From: Atractiella rhizophila | Lineage: Eukaryota | Assembly (NCBI GenBank): GCA_021432655.1 | Contig: MU271230.1 | Span: forward strand, 1-64,000 | Direction: 5' to 3' | Length of the DNA: 64,000 nt | Shown: positions 60,661 through 64,000 of the stretch, piece by piece | How the letters are laid out: every line of letters starts with the position of its first letter | How positions within the stretch are numbered: position 1 is the first letter of the stretch | Translations under genes and position numbers: made by a program | The notes under the pieces: generated by a model | What the model saw: the letters and a program-made list of their open reading frames with translations, nothing else | Databases searched by the model: none | Told to the model about the DNA's origin: nothing

Positions 60661-61900
60661 GAGACTGACTTTGCATGGAACAGCTTTTGATGGCCGTCTC
60701 TCCACTATGTTCCTCCCTCCTACGACTTCTCTATTCACCGCCATCAATCCACACATCTACCATAAAACAATGCCATGCCAATCGCAATCCCCCTCCGACT
60801 TCGTCCATGGCATCACACGGTTCAGCACAAAGTCAAAGAGTTCGTTCTCCTTCGTCTCTCACAAGAATCCCAGGGTATCAGCTGACCGTTCCTTACTCCC
60901 AGTCCTCAGAGTGAGAAACATATTTCCATTCGAACGACTACATTGAGTTGATGCGAGGAAGACGACGAGTTTGAAGCCACCTCGATTGAACGATGTCCTT
61001 CCTCCCCTTCAACGAACGATCGCACTGTGAGATGGCAGCAACAAGAATTCCTCCTTTACGGTCTTCTTGCTCACGGGCTCCCGGGTGGGAAGCAGGAAAG
61101 GGAATGAGGAGAATCTCGGTCTCTGCATGTAAGGCAAACGAGTTCAGAGCTGAATGAGGGAGAATGATGGAGGAGAGGAAGATGTAAGTGATGGAGGAAT
61201 AGTACAGTTAGTAGCGGTGTAGAGTGGTTGATAGGGGAGCTGAAGGAGTAGAAAGGGAAGAGTGAAACAGTTGCACTTTGCTGGTTGTCATTTGTGAGTC
61301 ATTCACGCTTCAATATCTTGCACACACTTCTCTCAAAATCAAAACCCGAACTGACAGTCTGCCCTCCATTAAGGCCTACCTCAGCTCCATCGAACAACTC
61401 CGAGTCTCTCCTGTTGCCTTCCACGAGCGGACCATCTATCCCGAGCGCTAGGGAACCATGGTAGCTGTCATCGTTATAGTCTGTGTGACCTCGAACAAAT
61501 TGTGAACCAACTCAAAGGTCTTTGCAATGTAGGAAAGGGGATGGAGGATTATCAAACCGTGATGTTCACGATTGCAGGTACGGACGTTCCAAACCCGTTC
61601 CCCACATTCTCTGCTTCATTCACCTCACTCATTTACACAGGTCTTTGTAGTCCAAGTTCTCCATGTCAATAAAGCACTTCATAATCCAGACATTGAAACG
61701 ATCCATCGAACTCTCCATTGTCCTTGATTCTCCCACGAACTGTTTATCTCGCCCCTCACAGTTTGGGACCTCGGTTCAACTTTTTCCTCAATCTTTATCA
61801 TAGTTTCAACCGATCGAGGAGGACGGCGTCTGCTGACGCAGCGATTTAGGCACGATTCCATCTCCACCTTTGGCTTTTAGCGTCTCATCTGACCTGCTTT

Positions 61901-63580
61901 ATGGGAACTAGTCTGCTCGATTTGTGCAAAAAGATGACGGATCAGCAAACATCCAGCTTTTGCCATAGTTCTGCGGAACCAGACTCGATGGCACTTGTCC
62001 ATGTTATCACTCCAGAGCAATATCCCAATTCGATCCACCTCTCCATTCTTCCCTCTTTCCTATCTCGTTTACCTCTCTCAATTCACACGCTTCGGATTTC
62101 GTTTATTTTATCTCGTTCATTGGACTCAAATTGGGAGCCTGGAGAGATATCAAAATTGTCCTATTTATCACTTGAACGGGTCAAAAATGTTGTCCACAAT
62201 GATGGAGCAATCAATCTTCACATTACTATCCACAATATCACAGTAACCGTTTCGGAAGAGCATGTGTTGGCATTCGAAAGAGTTGTCAAATCAGAGGTCG
62301 ACCTGCTTGCTTCATATGGCGATCCATATCCTCGCACATTTCGCACATTTCCTTTCTGTCGCGAGAATGCCATATTTGCCCGCATAGCTGCATACTCAGA
62401 ACATGAACGACACATCCTCCCCATGGGCGAGGACGAATCGCCATCCCTCCAATCCCTCCAATCCATCCACTCAGCTAGCATCATCCAACTCTCGGTCCCA
62501 TGTCCAGGCGTTATTCCAGGCGCCATCTCACGCTTGCCCATCGAGCTCCTCTCTCTAATATTCAGTTTCTCCGACAAAGTTTCTACCCTCTCTGAAGTGT
62601 GCAAGCTGTGGAGGGAAGCTTCAGTACCTTATTGGGATGAACCCAATTCTGTGGCGGAAAAGTATGAGCTGTTGAAAAGGTATCCTGGGGCCGGACGTCT
62701 GTGGGACGGACGGGAATTTGACGAAGACATCGGTGTTGAGAAAGTGAAGGAGGTCATCGTCGGCTCGCCGAATCTCACAACTGTGTGGATGCGTGCATTT
62801 TGGGATGAGGAGGAGGCGAAGATTGTGTTGAATGCAATTGAAGGCTTGAAACGGGTGGATGATGTCATGTTTGGAAGTGGTTCAAGAAAGTGGAGGAAGG
62901 AGGAAATCGAGAACTTTACGCGGAGGATGGGTGACAGGATCAGATTGCTCAAAGTTGACGACGTGGAGGACTCTGCCGCTTCAACATCAGCAGGCATTCG
63001 CTTATCCTCTCAACTCGAATACCTACTCCTTCACAAGTACCCGCCTCTTCTATTCCTTTCCCTCCCACGCGCTGTCAAGCACCTCGCGCTCTCCAATATG
63101 TGTCCTCTCCCATCCTCCATCTCAGAGTCCCCTCTGCCGCCTCTTCTGGAACATATCACGATTGTGCTCGCCCCCTTCATTGCCGATGGAAAGACCTCCA
63201 TCCTACCCACTCCGCTCGATTTATCACATCTCACACACCTCACTCAGCTGATCCTCGACGGGGGCGAAGAAACGTCAAACCTCGTTTCCCGCGCGTTCTT
63301 CAGCACCCTCAAAAATGCAACTGCGATATTTCAGATAAGACTCGAACATTGTGTGGTGGATTCATTCGACTTCCCAGACTTCATCCCCTGGTTCTTTGGG
63401 GATCGGCGGGTGAGCGGACTCGAGATGGTTCATGCAGTGAACATGAAACTTGTTGTTTTGTTATTCTTTGGAGAGTGGCGCGAGGAGGACATCGCCTCTG
63501 CAAGGACGCTGATGGGGGAGTACACAAGCAGCAAGAGGTCAAGTGTTTCGGAGTCCGGGGAGCAGGAGAAGTACTGGTAG
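61901..63580 (+). CDS. F6: F-box-like + LRR-like protein
   Basis: 559-aa ORF (the conserved-context ATG is at 61934); F-box RLPIELLSLIFSF..LSEVCKLW; LRR strands. Confidence 0.86.
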   Translation: MGTSLLDLCKKMTDQQTSSFCHSSAEPDSMALVHVITPEQYPNSIHLSILPSFLSRLPLSIHTLRISFILSRSLDSNWEPGEISKLSYLSLERVKNVVHNDGAINLHITIHNITVTVSEEHVLAFERVVKSEVDLLASYGDPYPRTFRTFPFCRENAIFARIAAYSEHERHILPMGEDESPSLQSLQSIHSASIIQLSVPCPGVIPGAISRLPIELLSLIFSFSDKVSTLSEVCKLWREASVPYWDEPNSVAEKYELLKRYPGAGRLWDGREFDEDIGVEKVKEVIVGSPNLTTVWMRAFWDEEEAKIVLNAIEGLKRVDDVMFGSGSRKWRKEEIENFTRRMGDRIRLLKVDDVEDSAASTSAGIRLSSQLEYLLLHKYPPLLFLSLPRAVKHLALSNMCPLPSSISESPLPPLLEHITIVLAPFIADGKTSILPTPLDLSHLTHLTQLILDGGEETSNLVSRAFFSTLKNATAIFQIRLEHCVVDSFDFPDFIPWFFGDRRVSGLEMVHAVNMKLVVLLFFGEWREEDIASARTLMGEYTSSKRSSVSESGEQEKYW

Positions 63581-64000
63581 TGGTACAAGGCATTGTTCCA
63601 TTCAGGCTTCAAATACGAGGCGGCTGGGTCAGACTCCAAACTCTCACATCACTCTCAGATGCCCAAGATTCAAGGAGGTGCGAGCGAACAAGAAAGCGAT
63701 CGCGAAGGGGGCTCGTGGATAGATTCGTGGTTCGGCCGTTGTTGAAGGTGAACAATGGTGACGCAATGGAAGGAGGATAGCATCCGCTTCGCCTATTGAT
63801 GGTTGGAACATCTATGTGGTTCCTTCCGATTGCATTACATCTGAGTTGAACAATGAAGAACGATTGAGAACAGAAAACTGCCTACAGCATGAACCAAGCT
63901 CTTTAGTTTGCTCTCTTGCCCGCCGCGCAAGAATCGGTCTCATGCAAGCTTTGTCAAAGCTTCCCTGCCAAAATGGGCGGCGAAGTGAGGAAGGGCAGCT

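Noticed and set aside
11554..63639. Recurrent antisense and alternate-frame ORFs within the F genes (e.g. MHTSERVET...)
   Set aside because: Shadows of the conserved sense frame; their starts and stops vary between paralogs.

Overview
Eukaryotic, almost certainly fungal DNA; basidiomycete-like is my inference. It contains two assembly gaps (38321-39028, 42972-43848). The backbone is a tandem array of six units. Each unit has an intronless + strand F-box/LRR-like gene (F1-F6) placed head-to-head with a decayed - strand gene of unknown family ('gene X'). Four F copies have open frames; F4 is a pseudogene; F5 is frameshifted and carries a duplicated LRR half. The F paralogs keep a conserved scaffold but vary strongly at the exposed positions of each LxxLxL strand, as a diversifying receptor family would. 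Two Ty1/Copia retrotransposons (2273-8645, 34299-48504) are inserted in gene-X copies. A Ty3/Gypsy chromovirus family is nested in both of them, as a solo LTR (5202-5687) and as a three-LTR structure (36131-44648). The chromovirus shows a Tf1-type self-priming site, a RIP-like mutated ORF1, an RNase H-deleted pol, an antisense ORF, and a tandem pair of about 220-nt multi-hairpin RNA motifs with compensatory base changes just after pol. Also present: a third solo LTR and two Hsp104/ClpB gene fragments. All alignments, translations and mismatch counts were done by eye.
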